A stretch of DNA of 64,000 nt from Candidatus Bathyarchaeia archaeon (GTDB lineage Archaea; Thermoproteota; Bathyarchaeia; TCS64), in assembly GCA_050014495.1 (NCBI GenBank), contig JBEKDF010000014.1, positions 30,218-94,217 of the forward strand, written 5' to 3'. Positions 51,288-59,850 of this stretch are shown piece by piece; within the stretch, counting starts at the first letter, position 1; each line of letters starts with the position of its first letter. The notes beneath the pieces were generated by a model, which saw only the letters and a list, made by a program, of their open reading frames with translations, did no database searches and was not told where the DNA came from. Position numbers and translations under genes: made by a program.

Positions 51288-51359
51288 GTAGCCACGGAGG
51301 ACCCATATCCAAATCAATTATTCTTCAAATTGCGCGCACGCACGCAAGGTGTAATAAAA

Positions 51360-52640
51360 ATGGAAAAGTTAGGAGTTAAAAAATCTGGTGTGTTAGCGGT
51401 CCTGTTGATTGTACTATTCGTTACCTCGGTTTTCTCGGTGTTTTCTGTAACTACGAATGCTGCCCTGTTCAACCGATACGATACCGTTAAGATAGGGGTA
51501 ATAGCGCCGATAGATGATTATCTGGACCCCGTCACTGCCCTCTATAAGACAATCGTTGAAAACGACATCAACGCGTATGTCGCCAAACTACCCGTTTCCA
51601 GGTTTGTCCTACCGGTCAAGTTTGATTTCGTAGTAGTAGGCGGTGGAGATGGCACACCTGGAAAGTTCTATGAAAAAGTTGTGATGCTCCATAAGATGGG
51701 TATTGACCTCATCATTGGCGGCTGGTTCTCATCCCAAATAGGTCAGGATACACTCGCTTACCTTAAGAGGAACAATATGGTGATGATAAGCCCTAGTTCC
51801 AATGCCCCATCTTTAGCGAAGGTCGATAACCTATTCAGACTACTCCCGGATGCCAGTATCGAAGGCACAATCGTTGCAGCGATGTTCGCGAAACTAGGTT
51901 TGACAACCGCTATTGTGCTTGAACGTAATGATGCCTGGGGAAATGGGGTATACGGAACGTTCTCCCCTTCATTTCCAGTCACCAATAGATTCACTTATAC
52001 GTATACTCCAGACGATACAGCTAGTTTTGCTACTGCTCTAGGGCTTGCTGAGACAAAAGCTAGTAGTCTATCTGACATATCTCATGTAGGGGTCTTCCTT
52101 ATCGCAATCGACACCGATTGTGCTCCAGAGCTCAACCGTGGTGACTTTGCCACTGCATATCCAACTCTTAAGGGGCTACCTTGGTTCGGTGCCGATGGAA
52201 CAGCATTTTCAAGTAATTTCAATGGAAACAATGTCGGTGAACTAAAAATACTTAGCCCTAATCCTGCAACACCCCACAACACGAAGTTCGACGACATGGC
52301 CACAAGATATTATCCAATTTTAGGAACAATGGACTACTCCGGAGGGTGCAACATAGATGCTGGCTGGATACTCGCCCAGGCTGTGATCGAGACAAGGTCA
52401 ACTGTCTTCTTGAAGTCTCCGGGGGCCACCGATGTAATCAAGGTACTGAGCGACGACTGCTCACGTTACTTCGGATACAGTGGCTGGTGCCAACTGGACA
52501 AGAACGGTGATAGAGTTAGTGGCAACTGGGATATCGTGGGATACGGGTTTGATGCGTCTAATAAATTAGTTATCTTGCAGTATGGCTCTTACGACGCATA
52601 CTCTGGGGTAAGTTGGATTGCAACGCCAGGCTGGCCATAA
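51360..52640 (+). CDS. Branched-chain amino acid ABC substrate-binding-like protein (orphan)
   Basis: Signal peptide; IIGGWFSS, ISPSSNAPSL..DNLFRL.P and G...LDKNGDR type I periplasmic-binding motifs. Confidence 0.8.
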   Translation: MEKLGVKKSGVLAVLLIVLFVTSVFSVFSVTTNAALFNRYDTVKIGVIAPIDDYLDPVTALYKTIVENDINAYVAKLPVSRFVLPVKFDFVVVGGGDGTPGKFYEKVVMLHKMGIDLIIGGWFSSQIGQDTLAYLKRNNMVMISPSSNAPSLAKVDNLFRLLPDASIEGTIVAAMFAKLGLTTAIVLERNDAWGNGVYGTFSPSFPVTNRFTYTYTPDDTASFATALGLAETKASSLSDISHVGVFLIAIDTDCAPELNRGDFATAYPTLKGLPWFGADGTAFSSNFNGNNVGELKILSPNPATPHNTKFDDMATRYYPILGTMDYSGGCNIDAGWILAQAVIETRSTVFLKSPGATDVIKVLSDDCSRYFGYSGWCQLDKNGDRVSGNWDIVGYGFDASNKLVILQYGSYDAYSGVSWIATPGWP

Positions 52641-52809
52641 ATTACCTCATTTTTTTTAATTCAAGTTTTCAATGGATCTTTTGCTCGTACGATGGTTCCT
52701 ATAATCGCATAAATAATGAAAATATCTTCAACACTTTTTATAAAACTGTGATATTGATGATTAACTCATTATATATTTAAACATGGTTCATATTTGCTAA
52801 TCGATTCAG

Positions 52810-53250
52810 GTGGAACCTATTAGAAGCGATCGCAGGAGAGGCTTGAGCCTTATCGTCTCATCGCTTCTAATGATCTTCGTAGCAGTTGCGTGCTCAGTTT
52901 TGACCTACTCCTGGGTCATCAACATGATCGGGTTTCAGTCAGCGCGAGCCCAAACGGAGATCCGGGTTGAACAGGTTACGTGGCTTGACCAAAGTAACTT
53001 CGCAGTCTCGGTCAGAGATATGGGGGCGGTGTCAGTGACTCTGGAATCGATTTCCGTTAAGAAGAGTCAAGTTGATTCTAGTCCAGAGTTGATACCATTA
53101 AACACATCAATCTCTTCGGGGTCAATCAACGAGTTGCATATACATCTTTCAACCACAGCCCTCGAAGATAACACGTCGTATTCTATAAGAGTCACAACGA
53201 ATACTGGCTTCTACTACGAATACACATCGTTTACAGGAATGATTCACTAA
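52810..53250 (+). CDS. Archaeal type IV pilin-like protein
   Basis: Class III signal RRRG|LSLIVSSLLMIFVAV..LTYSW; C-terminal IRVTTNTG. Confidence 0.78.
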   Translation: MEPIRSDRRRGLSLIVSSLLMIFVAVACSVLTYSWVINMIGFQSARAQTEIRVEQVTWLDQSNFAVSVRDMGAVSVTLESISVKKSQVDSSPELIPLNTSISSGSINELHIHLSTTALEDNTSYSIRVTTNTGFYYEYTSFTGMIH

Positions 53251-53572
53251 ATAGCGAGCAATTTCTTAGACTTTTAGTTCGAACTTATAATCAGCAAGGC
53301 TCTTAAGCTCCGGAGAGAAGCGAGTTTTATTTGGGGGGTGGAAATAGATCAGGACTATGGGTAACACCGAAAGGCTACATCACCTTGTTTACGTCGTTGG
53401 GGTCGCAAGAGACCCCAATTATATAACAAAATAGCCAAATTTGTATGGCATCTCAAAAGTCCTAGAGGTATTACTTGGGCGTGCACGCCCTTTTCGCGTA
53501 CTGATTAGCATAATAAGTACGTAAATCAATAATTTTAATTATTAGTAAAATATCATTAATAATTGATCACAT

Positions 53573-54016
53573 TTGCCTATTTTTCAAGGTAAAGGTAAAA
53601 TAGAAATACAGCTCCCAAAAACATCTTTCGCCCCACGAGAAACGGTCGAGGGAACCGTAACGATGTTATTAAATGAACCCGTCAAAGCAAAAGGGGTAAT
53701 AGTTTCACTATCCCGTCAGGAACAAAGAGAAACTTATAGTGGAGGAAAAAGGACAACAACATCCTATACCCATGTCTATGATTCGTCGAATCTCGATGGT
53801 GAAAAGGAGTACCCAGCCAATCAGAGGTTGGAATACCCCTTCAAGTTGGTAGGTCCAGTATTTAACGCGCCTTTTGACCCTGTATCCTCGTTGTTTAAAG
53901 CCATAACCAGGGACAAGTCACCGCCTTCAATGAAGTTTAGAGTCGATGCTAAACTCGATATTAGCCATGGGATAGACGTCAATAATAATGTAGAGATAAG
54001 GATTTTATATCAATAA
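53573..54016 (+). CDS. Arrestin-N/SpoOM-like beta-sandwich protein
   Basis: IEIQLPKTSFAPRETVEGTV.M.L..PVKAKG..V.L pattern; YPFKL and VDAKLDI motifs. Confidence 0.55.
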   Translation: MPIFQGKGKIEIQLPKTSFAPRETVEGTVTMLLNEPVKAKGVIVSLSRQEQRETYSGGKRTTTSYTHVYDSSNLDGEKEYPANQRLEYPFKLVGPVFNAPFDPVSSLFKAITRDKSPPSMKFRVDAKLDISHGIDVNNNVEIRILYQ

Positions 54017-54167
54017 ATCGACGCATGTCTAACTTACTAAATAAATATCGCATAAATTATATATCTTCAACTTTTACTAAGTAATTGTTAATTGATTTAT
54101 GGAGAGAGGTAGATACGGTGTAAGCGATGGTTGAAGGTGATGAAGAATCAGAATAATTGCTGAATTA

Positions 54168-54755
54168 ATGTTCATGAGGAATGGGATGAGATCAAGCCTC
54201 AAGGAGAGCTATAATTCCATTAGCAAAATCTCCGAATCAATTGATAATATTAATTTTATTGGGTTATACAGGCCCTGGAATGAGGAATGGAATTGGCTCT
54301 ACCTATTTGAATTGACAGAGCTTGAGACATGGCATGAGATAGATGCTCACTTCTGTGAAGAGTTTGGGGTGTATGGAGATAATCCGGGTCGATTCATTGT
54401 GAGAATGTATGAAGATGCACGACCATGGCTCACAGAAGAAAATGAATCGTTGCCTCAAAGCATGATAAGGGGGAGGAGGATCTATCACACTCAGTACTAT
54501 CTAAGCAGAAGATTCCAAGATCCACGGATGAGAGAATTTTATAAGGCTCAAGTTGAGCTCTGTGCAAGATTGAAGGGCATCGATTTCCTTAGTCTGTTTC
54601 AACCATGGAACGCAGTATGGAATTGGACCCCAGTCTGGATGATGGACTCGCTTAAAAACTTCATCGAGATGCGAACAGAGTTTATGAGAAGTTTTGGTTT
54701 TCCGGAGGAAATCACAAATCAATTATTAAGGTTCTATGAGAGGCATGAACCCTAA
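54168..54755 (+). CDS. Hypothetical protein with internal duplicated domain
   Basis: FIGLYRPWNEEWNW...RMYE repeated as FLSLFQPWNAVWNW...RFYE. Confidence 0.7.
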   Translation: MFMRNGMRSSLKESYNSISKISESIDNINFIGLYRPWNEEWNWLYLFELTELETWHEIDAHFCEEFGVYGDNPGRFIVRMYEDARPWLTEENESLPQSMIRGRRIYHTQYYLSRRFQDPRMREFYKAQVELCARLKGIDFLSLFQPWNAVWNWTPVWMMDSLKNFIEMRTEFMRSFGFPEEITNQLLRFYERHEP

Positions 54756-54791
54756 ATCAAAATACCATGCATTAAATTTTTCCTAAAAGTA

Positions 54792-54809
54792 TTACCAAGG
54801 TAACATCAA
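54792..54809 (+). promoter_or_regulatory. Repeated operator, copy 2 (TTACCAAGGTAACATC)
   Basis: Near-palindrome matching the 51252 and 57343 sites. Confidence 0.6.
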
Positions 54810-54863
54810 TATTATCTATATATGAACTCCTCCACGGAGACCTTGATTTAAATCAGTTTTGTT

Positions 54864-55205
54864 ATGAAAACGGGTGAAAAAATGGTGTTAATGATAGCTG
54901 TTCACAAGTGGAAGCCCGAGGCAGAGATAACGATAACCAAGGAGATGATCTATGGATTCACACTCCTACTCGAAGGAAAGCAGCCACAGGGAATTAAGCT
55001 ACAATCAACCCACATGAGGAGTGACCATGGAGCATTCTGCGTTTGGGAAGCTCCAAACAGAGAGGAACTTGGGAACTTCTTCAAGAAGTTTGGCCCAACC
55101 CTACTAAAGGCGACGGAGTTCGTCCCGGTCCTATAAGCCTTCCCAGCAACGGTCGAGTACGAGCTCTCGCTGCTCAAGATGATCACAGATTTAGCATCCA
55201 GGTAG
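54864..55205 (+). pseudogene. Small alpha/beta-barrel-like (DUF3303-like) protein with probable premature TAA
   Basis: HKWK...GAFCVWEA; after TAA at 55134 the frame continues AFPATVEYELSLLKMITDLASR*, followed by a T-tract. Confidence 0.55.
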
Positions 55206-55308
55206 GATACGCATCAAGCGCCTCAAAAATAATTAACTAGCATCCTTTCCTTTTTTTCATATAATAAACGAGTAGACTTTTTGCACGAGTAATTGACACT
55301 TTTTAGGG

Positions 55309-57318
55309 TTATTCTGATGGTCGGCGCCTTCGGACTCGCCAGCTAGGGTCCTTTATTTTCAGACCTGAGAGATTGTTGTCCTTTTGGATCTCCTTTGAGA
55401 GATTGATGTTAGAAATCAACTTACCGATGCCTGATACCTGAATCCCAAAGTAGGCTTCACCAACTATCTTGTTACCGGATACTCTAAAATTCTCGGACCC
55501 AATTTGAATACCCGCCTGACCCCCATTAAGGTGTATATTATTATTTTTTATAGAACCGCTGAAAAGTGCTCCAACGTCATCGTCCACGATTTCAGGTCCA
55601 GCCACCGTGATAGCACAGTAATTGGGCTTGGAGAGGCGGATTTCATTTTCTTCAATATCAATGTTGAACCCGGGCCTACGATGCTGGAAAGCACTCTGTG
55701 AAAATATCCCGAAACCAGCCTCAAGTTCTCTAAAAGGATAAGCCCCTTTGATGCTGGATTCTATTACATTATGTTTTATGCTAATATCCGCTTCAGCAAA
55801 GTTGTCGGTTACACTTATTCCTCTGGCACTCATATTTCTAATCCTGTTATTTTCAATCACAGTTTTGCAGGAAGAGTTCAGAATGTTGATCCCTACACCC
55901 AGATAGTATTCATGGTTAATCAGGTCTGGAGGGTATTCGGCGTCCTCGATGTCAATAGACTCCGTTTGCTCTGGTGCATCTTTGGAGATGTATGCGAAGT
56001 CAATGTAATTTCCTTCTATAAATATGCCACCTGGGAAATTCTTGTGTTTCGGATAGCTATCTTTCGGAGAATCTAGCCACACTCCACTTAGAATGTCACC
56101 AAAATTACCGTATTTCCAGCCTCGACCATAACCATTACTAATTGTAATCGCATTATCTCTAAATTTTAGGCTCCTACCGTGATAACCATATATGCATACG
56201 CAGTTGAAGTCTACGAAATGAAGATTCTCAATGACGACATCTGAATTTTCTCCATCTATTTCAAACAATGAGTCGAATTCGGTGAAGGGAAATTTCCAGC
56301 CTTTCTTGTACAAAATGGTGGATGGAAAACTGTTTTCTTTCCCTTCGCCTCGGATTTTAATGCTGTTACTTATCTTAATGGAGGATGTGCCGATGTCAAA
56401 CGTTCCTTTAAGAATTACTTCTTTGAAATTGTTAACTGCATCTTGAAGTGCTTGGGCGTCTGATTGAGTGTCATGTCCCTCAACGACGACTGTTCCCTCC
56501 TTCCGTTTTGTTGTGGCAGCTGTTTGTTGAAGGATGATGGGTGTTTGGGTTCTTGGCACTGATTTTTCCCAGTTCTCTTGGAATAGGTCTCGACACCATT
56601 TTAATGATTTTTCATCGGTTGCGGTGAAGCCGTGGTAATCAAAACCCCCCTCAGGGGTCTGGAACGCGACGGCGCACCTATCCTCAGATATGAAGAGGAA
56701 AAGGTTAGTTGAATCCATGGTTCTCTGTTCTGAGAGTGGCGTATTTCTTGATCTTATTAGCAGAGGTGTATCCTCAATAGATCTTAGGTTCAGGAACGGC
56801 CCTGAGGATATGTTCTTGTTCTCGATGATTCGGAAGTTGACCCCACGTTTTAGAGCGTCGGCGATTGCCTCTAGGGCAGTTAACGGGTACTGGTCGACTT
56901 GAAGCCAAACACTCTTTTGTGATTCTCTGATTGTCTCATCAACGAAGTATAGGAATTCCATTACATTCGTCGTGCAGGTGCTTTTCGATAATTCCCCAAT
57001 TCTTTTCACGAATTCTGGTTGAAGATTATTTATAGTGTGTTTTACGAAGTAGTCTCTGTTCTTTGCTATGAATTGCAGCTCCTCCAATATAATATTGGTC
57101 AACTCACTGTAAGGAGTTTGATGGTAGAATCCTTCCCCATCTTTGAAAACTAGCCCAATTTCCATTAGTCTTGATACGTTACGGCTTATCTCCTGGGTTG
57201 TCAGATTCATTAGCTTGGAGATCTCGGTTATTCTGAGGGGCTTCTCCTTGAGTAGAACAAGGATTCTATGTCTATTTTCGTTTGATATCTCGAATAGTAG
57301 GTCATAGAAGCGTTCCAT
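55309..57318 (-). CDS. ArsR-type wHTH/DUF1724-like transcription regulator fused to a right-handed beta-helix domain
   Basis: N-terminal FEISNENRHRIL...QEISRNVSRL and WCRDLF motifs; C-terminal repeats (IEGNYI, IENNRI, IKHNVI, IEENEI, IKNNNI, VSGNKI). Confidence 0.75.
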   Translation of the reverse strand: MERFYDLLFEISNENRHRILVLLKEKPLRITEISKLMNLTTQEISRNVSRLMEIGLVFKDGEGFYHQTPYSELTNIILEELQFIAKNRDYFVKHTINNLQPEFVKRIGELSKSTCTTNVMEFLYFVDETIRESQKSVWLQVDQYPLTALEAIADALKRGVNFRIIENKNISSGPFLNLRSIEDTPLLIRSRNTPLSEQRTMDSTNLFLFISEDRCAVAFQTPEGGFDYHGFTATDEKSLKWCRDLFQENWEKSVPRTQTPIILQQTAATTKRKEGTVVVEGHDTQSDAQALQDAVNNFKEVILKGTFDIGTSSIKISNSIKIRGEGKENSFPSTILYKKGWKFPFTEFDSLFEIDGENSDVVIENLHFVDFNCVCIYGYHGRSLKFRDNAITISNGYGRGWKYGNFGDILSGVWLDSPKDSYPKHKNFPGGIFIEGNYIDFAYISKDAPEQTESIDIEDAEYPPDLINHEYYLGVGINILNSSCKTVIENNRIRNMSARGISVTDNFAEADISIKHNVIESSIKGAYPFRELEAGFGIFSQSAFQHRRPGFNIDIEENEIRLSKPNYCAITVAGPEIVDDDVGALFSGSIKNNNIHLNGGQAGIQIGSENFRVSGNKIVGEAYFGIQVSGIGKLISNINLSKEIQKDNNLSGLKIKDPSWRVRRRRPSE

Positions 57319-57342
57319 TAGATGAACCTCATAGTAACTATA

Positions 57343-57360
57343 CTACCTAGGTAATATCAA
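57343..57360. promoter_or_regulatory. Repeated operator, copy 3 (CTACCTAGGTAATATC), upstream of the regulator
   Basis: Shares 15 bp with the 51252 site; about 25 bp before the regulator ATG. Confidence 0.65.
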
Positions 57361-57438
57361 TGTTGTCTGAGTAGCAGGGCGTATACGGACACCTTAAGTT
57401 GAAAAATCCAAAGCAGTGAAAAGAGGTGAATTACCGCT

Positions 57439-57705
57439 TTGAGGACATCAGATCGACCAAAGGTTGAACGAGGCGTGTCGGTGGAGATGGGTTCTAAAAT
57501 GTATGTCAATAGCCTCATAGTCTCCGATGATGTTCATGACCGCGTACTCTTTGATGTTAACCTGGGCGAACTAATAGGGTTAACAGTCGCGGAGGGGGGA
57601 GTCTTGGAGGTCAAGGGTACATACGGAGTTTTGAGGGTAGATCTGGCTATTGAGGAGCTTGAGTTAATGTTGTCGAGTATGAAGAAAAACAAAGACACTA
57701 AATAA
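57439..57705 (+). CDS. Conserved hypothetical protein
   Basis: DRVLFD.NLG...VLEVKG.YGVLRVDL; GAGGTGA ribosome site upstream. Confidence 0.7.
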   Translation: MRTSDRPKVERGVSVEMGSKMYVNSLIVSDDVHDRVLFDVNLGELIGLTVAEGGVLEVKGTYGVLRVDLAIEELELMLSSMKKNKDTK

Positions 57706-57744
57706 TTGTGTAAGCTCAGTTCGTTTAAGTAAAAATAATTGTTG

Positions 57745-57762
57745 TTACCTAGATAGCATCGA
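57745..57762 (+). promoter_or_regulatory. Repeated operator, copy 4 (TTACCTAGATAGCATC)
   Basis: Degenerate match to the same consensus, upstream of the SMP-30 gene. Confidence 0.5.
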
Positions 57763-57837
57763 GCTATCCGATGTAGTATCAGCTCCACGCTGATCTTAAC
57801 AGTGGTTCTGTGTATGCATTTTTCGGGGGTTGCTTGT

Positions 57838-58833
57838 TTGAAGAGTAGAAGTGGGTTCATAGTCACTGTTACAATAGTCACTATGTTAGTATCGCTGCTT
57901 GCCAGCGTACCTATAACGGTTCAGGCTAAAAATGTAGTTCCAAAAGTTTCGCCAGTGAAACTCTTTGATGCCTCTAACGGTGAGTTTCCTGAAGGCCTAG
58001 CATTCGATAAAGTCGGGAATATGTACGTTAGCGTCAGCTCACTTGGCCAGATATGGAAGATTAAGCCAGATGGATCAGAGAAACTGCTTCTCACAATTCC
58101 ACCTGCTGGAGGAAGCATGGCTTTTGGATTGGCCCTTGATGCTCATGGAGACGTGTATGCTACATTCGCTTTCAACCCAGACACTCGAGGGGTGTATCGA
58201 ATAGACCACAAAAGTGGTATTGCTCAGCGGATTCCTGGCACAGAGAACATTCTCTGGGCTAATGGTCTATCCTTCGACGATAAGGGTAACCTCTACGTAA
58301 CCGATTCTCAAAGTGGCGCAATCTGGAGAATCAAACCAAATGGGTCAGCGAAGATATGGCTTCAAAACGACCTACTGGAAGGACTGGGTCAGATAACTGG
58401 GTTCCCTCCCGTGGGAGCGAACGGCATAGCCTATTATCATAACAGCCTCTATGTTGCTAACACCGAGAAGGGCCTTCTTGTACGTGTACCAATATTGAAA
58501 GGAGGAATCGCAGGTAAACCAGTAGTCGTCGCAGATGACGCTGAACTGTATGGTTTAGATGGAATTACCTTAGACATTCATGGAAACGTCTACGGCGCTT
58601 TGGTCTTGCAGAGTGAACTCGTTAAGATTGATCTTAAAAATTCAAAAATCACGGTTTTGCTCACCCAGAGCGATGGTATTGACATGCCGGCTAGTCCCGC
58701 TTTCGGCACGGGGAAATGCAATCAACAGACACTCTTCTTCACAAACTTTGCGCTCATGGGCACTAGTCTTGGTGGCTACGGACCAGCAGTACTAAAAATT
58801 TGGATAGGAATCTCTGGGCTTCCGCTTCCATAA
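57838..58833 (+). CDS. Secreted SMP-30/gluconolactonase/LRE beta-propeller protein
   Basis: Signal peptide; PEGLAFD, ANGLSFD, ANGIA and LDGITLD blade motifs. Confidence 0.85.
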   Translation: MKSRSGFIVTVTIVTMLVSLLASVPITVQAKNVVPKVSPVKLFDASNGEFPEGLAFDKVGNMYVSVSSLGQIWKIKPDGSEKLLLTIPPAGGSMAFGLALDAHGDVYATFAFNPDTRGVYRIDHKSGIAQRIPGTENILWANGLSFDDKGNLYVTDSQSGAIWRIKPNGSAKIWLQNDLLEGLGQITGFPPVGANGIAYYHNSLYVANTEKGLLVRVPILKGGIAGKPVVVADDAELYGLDGITLDIHGNVYGALVLQSELVKIDLKNSKITVLLTQSDGIDMPASPAFGTGKCNQQTLFFTNFALMGTSLGGYGPAVLKIWIGISGLPLP

Positions 58834-59006
58834 TTTTTTTGAAAATATCTTTTTTTATCGGCTAGCATGTTCACGGATCGATATAATAGGTATAAACACA
58901 ATTTTCCTCGTGCACATTACTGTCTTAAAAGTGTAAAAAAGTCTCACCAGGTGAGCTTTAAAAATGAACGACTTTAAATCAAGGTGAGGCTCACAATTTT
59001 TCAGCT

Positions 59007-59555
59007 TTGCCCGAGCCGATAGCCTATCATTGCATAAACTGCGGGGTCTGTTGCACCCGTTTACTAATAGACAGGCAGGGCGTCCGCAAGGGGCTTCCTC
59101 TCCTACCAGGAGAGGTCGAGATATTTAGGAAGGATTACATCAGACCAGCCTACGGAGTTGGCGTGAGCCCAAGGGACTCTGGGTTCGAAATAATCGCCTA
59201 TCAGATGCGCCTCAACACGTGTCCGCATCGTAGGTTCGGTGGCTGTGTGATGCATGCATATCGCCCAGCAATCTGCAGGTCCTACCCATATGTCCCAGTC
59301 ATTAGTCAAGGATTATGTGTTGTGAAGACCTTTGACATGACCTGTACCGCCCTCAAAGATCACATCGCTGAGTTCCCAGAGGGTATAGTGCCGGTCAAGT
59401 CTTCGTGTGTTGAGGTTGAGAATGCCTATTATCCAGCTGTTGCAGCAATTACAGAGCGACTGCTGGAAGATGTTGATAAAGCATGGTTCTATAACCTAAA
59501 AACTGGTCGCTGGGTGAGGTTTAGGAGGCTCCTCCCAACAACACTCAACGTGTAG
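59007..59555 (+). CDS. YkgJ-family CxxCxxCC cysteine-cluster protein
   Basis: CINCGVCC...CP....C.MH..RPAICRSYP motif. Confidence 0.85.
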   Translation: MPEPIAYHCINCGVCCTRLLIDRQGVRKGLPLLPGEVEIFRKDYIRPAYGVGVSPRDSGFEIIAYQMRLNTCPHRRFGGCVMHAYRPAICRSYPYVPVISQGLCVVKTFDMTCTALKDHIAEFPEGIVPVKSSCVEVENAYYPAVAAITERLLEDVDKAWFYNLKTGRWVRFRRLLPTTLNV

Positions 59556-59686
59556 TTTGTTTTTGTTGTGAATAGCCTATCCTTAGATTCATTTGCTAAC
59601 TAGGAATGGAAATATTGAGCTAGTGAAGAGGTTTTTTTAAGAGTAGCCTGGTGCTATCTAAAGCTAGAAGATTGAGTTGAATGTGT

Positions 59687-59762
59687 TGGTGGACGCTGGG
59701 GGATTTGAACCCCCGACCTCTCGGATGCGAACCGAGCATTCATACCACTGAACTAAGCGCCC
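59687..59762 (-). tRNA. tRNA-Ala(CGC), CCA encoded
   Basis: Reverse complement GGGCGCT...CTCGG-TTCGCAT-CCGAG...GGGGG-TTCAAAT-CCCCC AGCGTCC ACCA; G3:U70 pair. Confidence 0.95.
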
Positions 59763-59850
59763 AACGCCGCAACACTAACGACTACTCCACATTTATGCTT
59801 TATGCGGAGCGCGCACGAAACATGGTTTAGAGACCAAAAGTTTGGCAATT

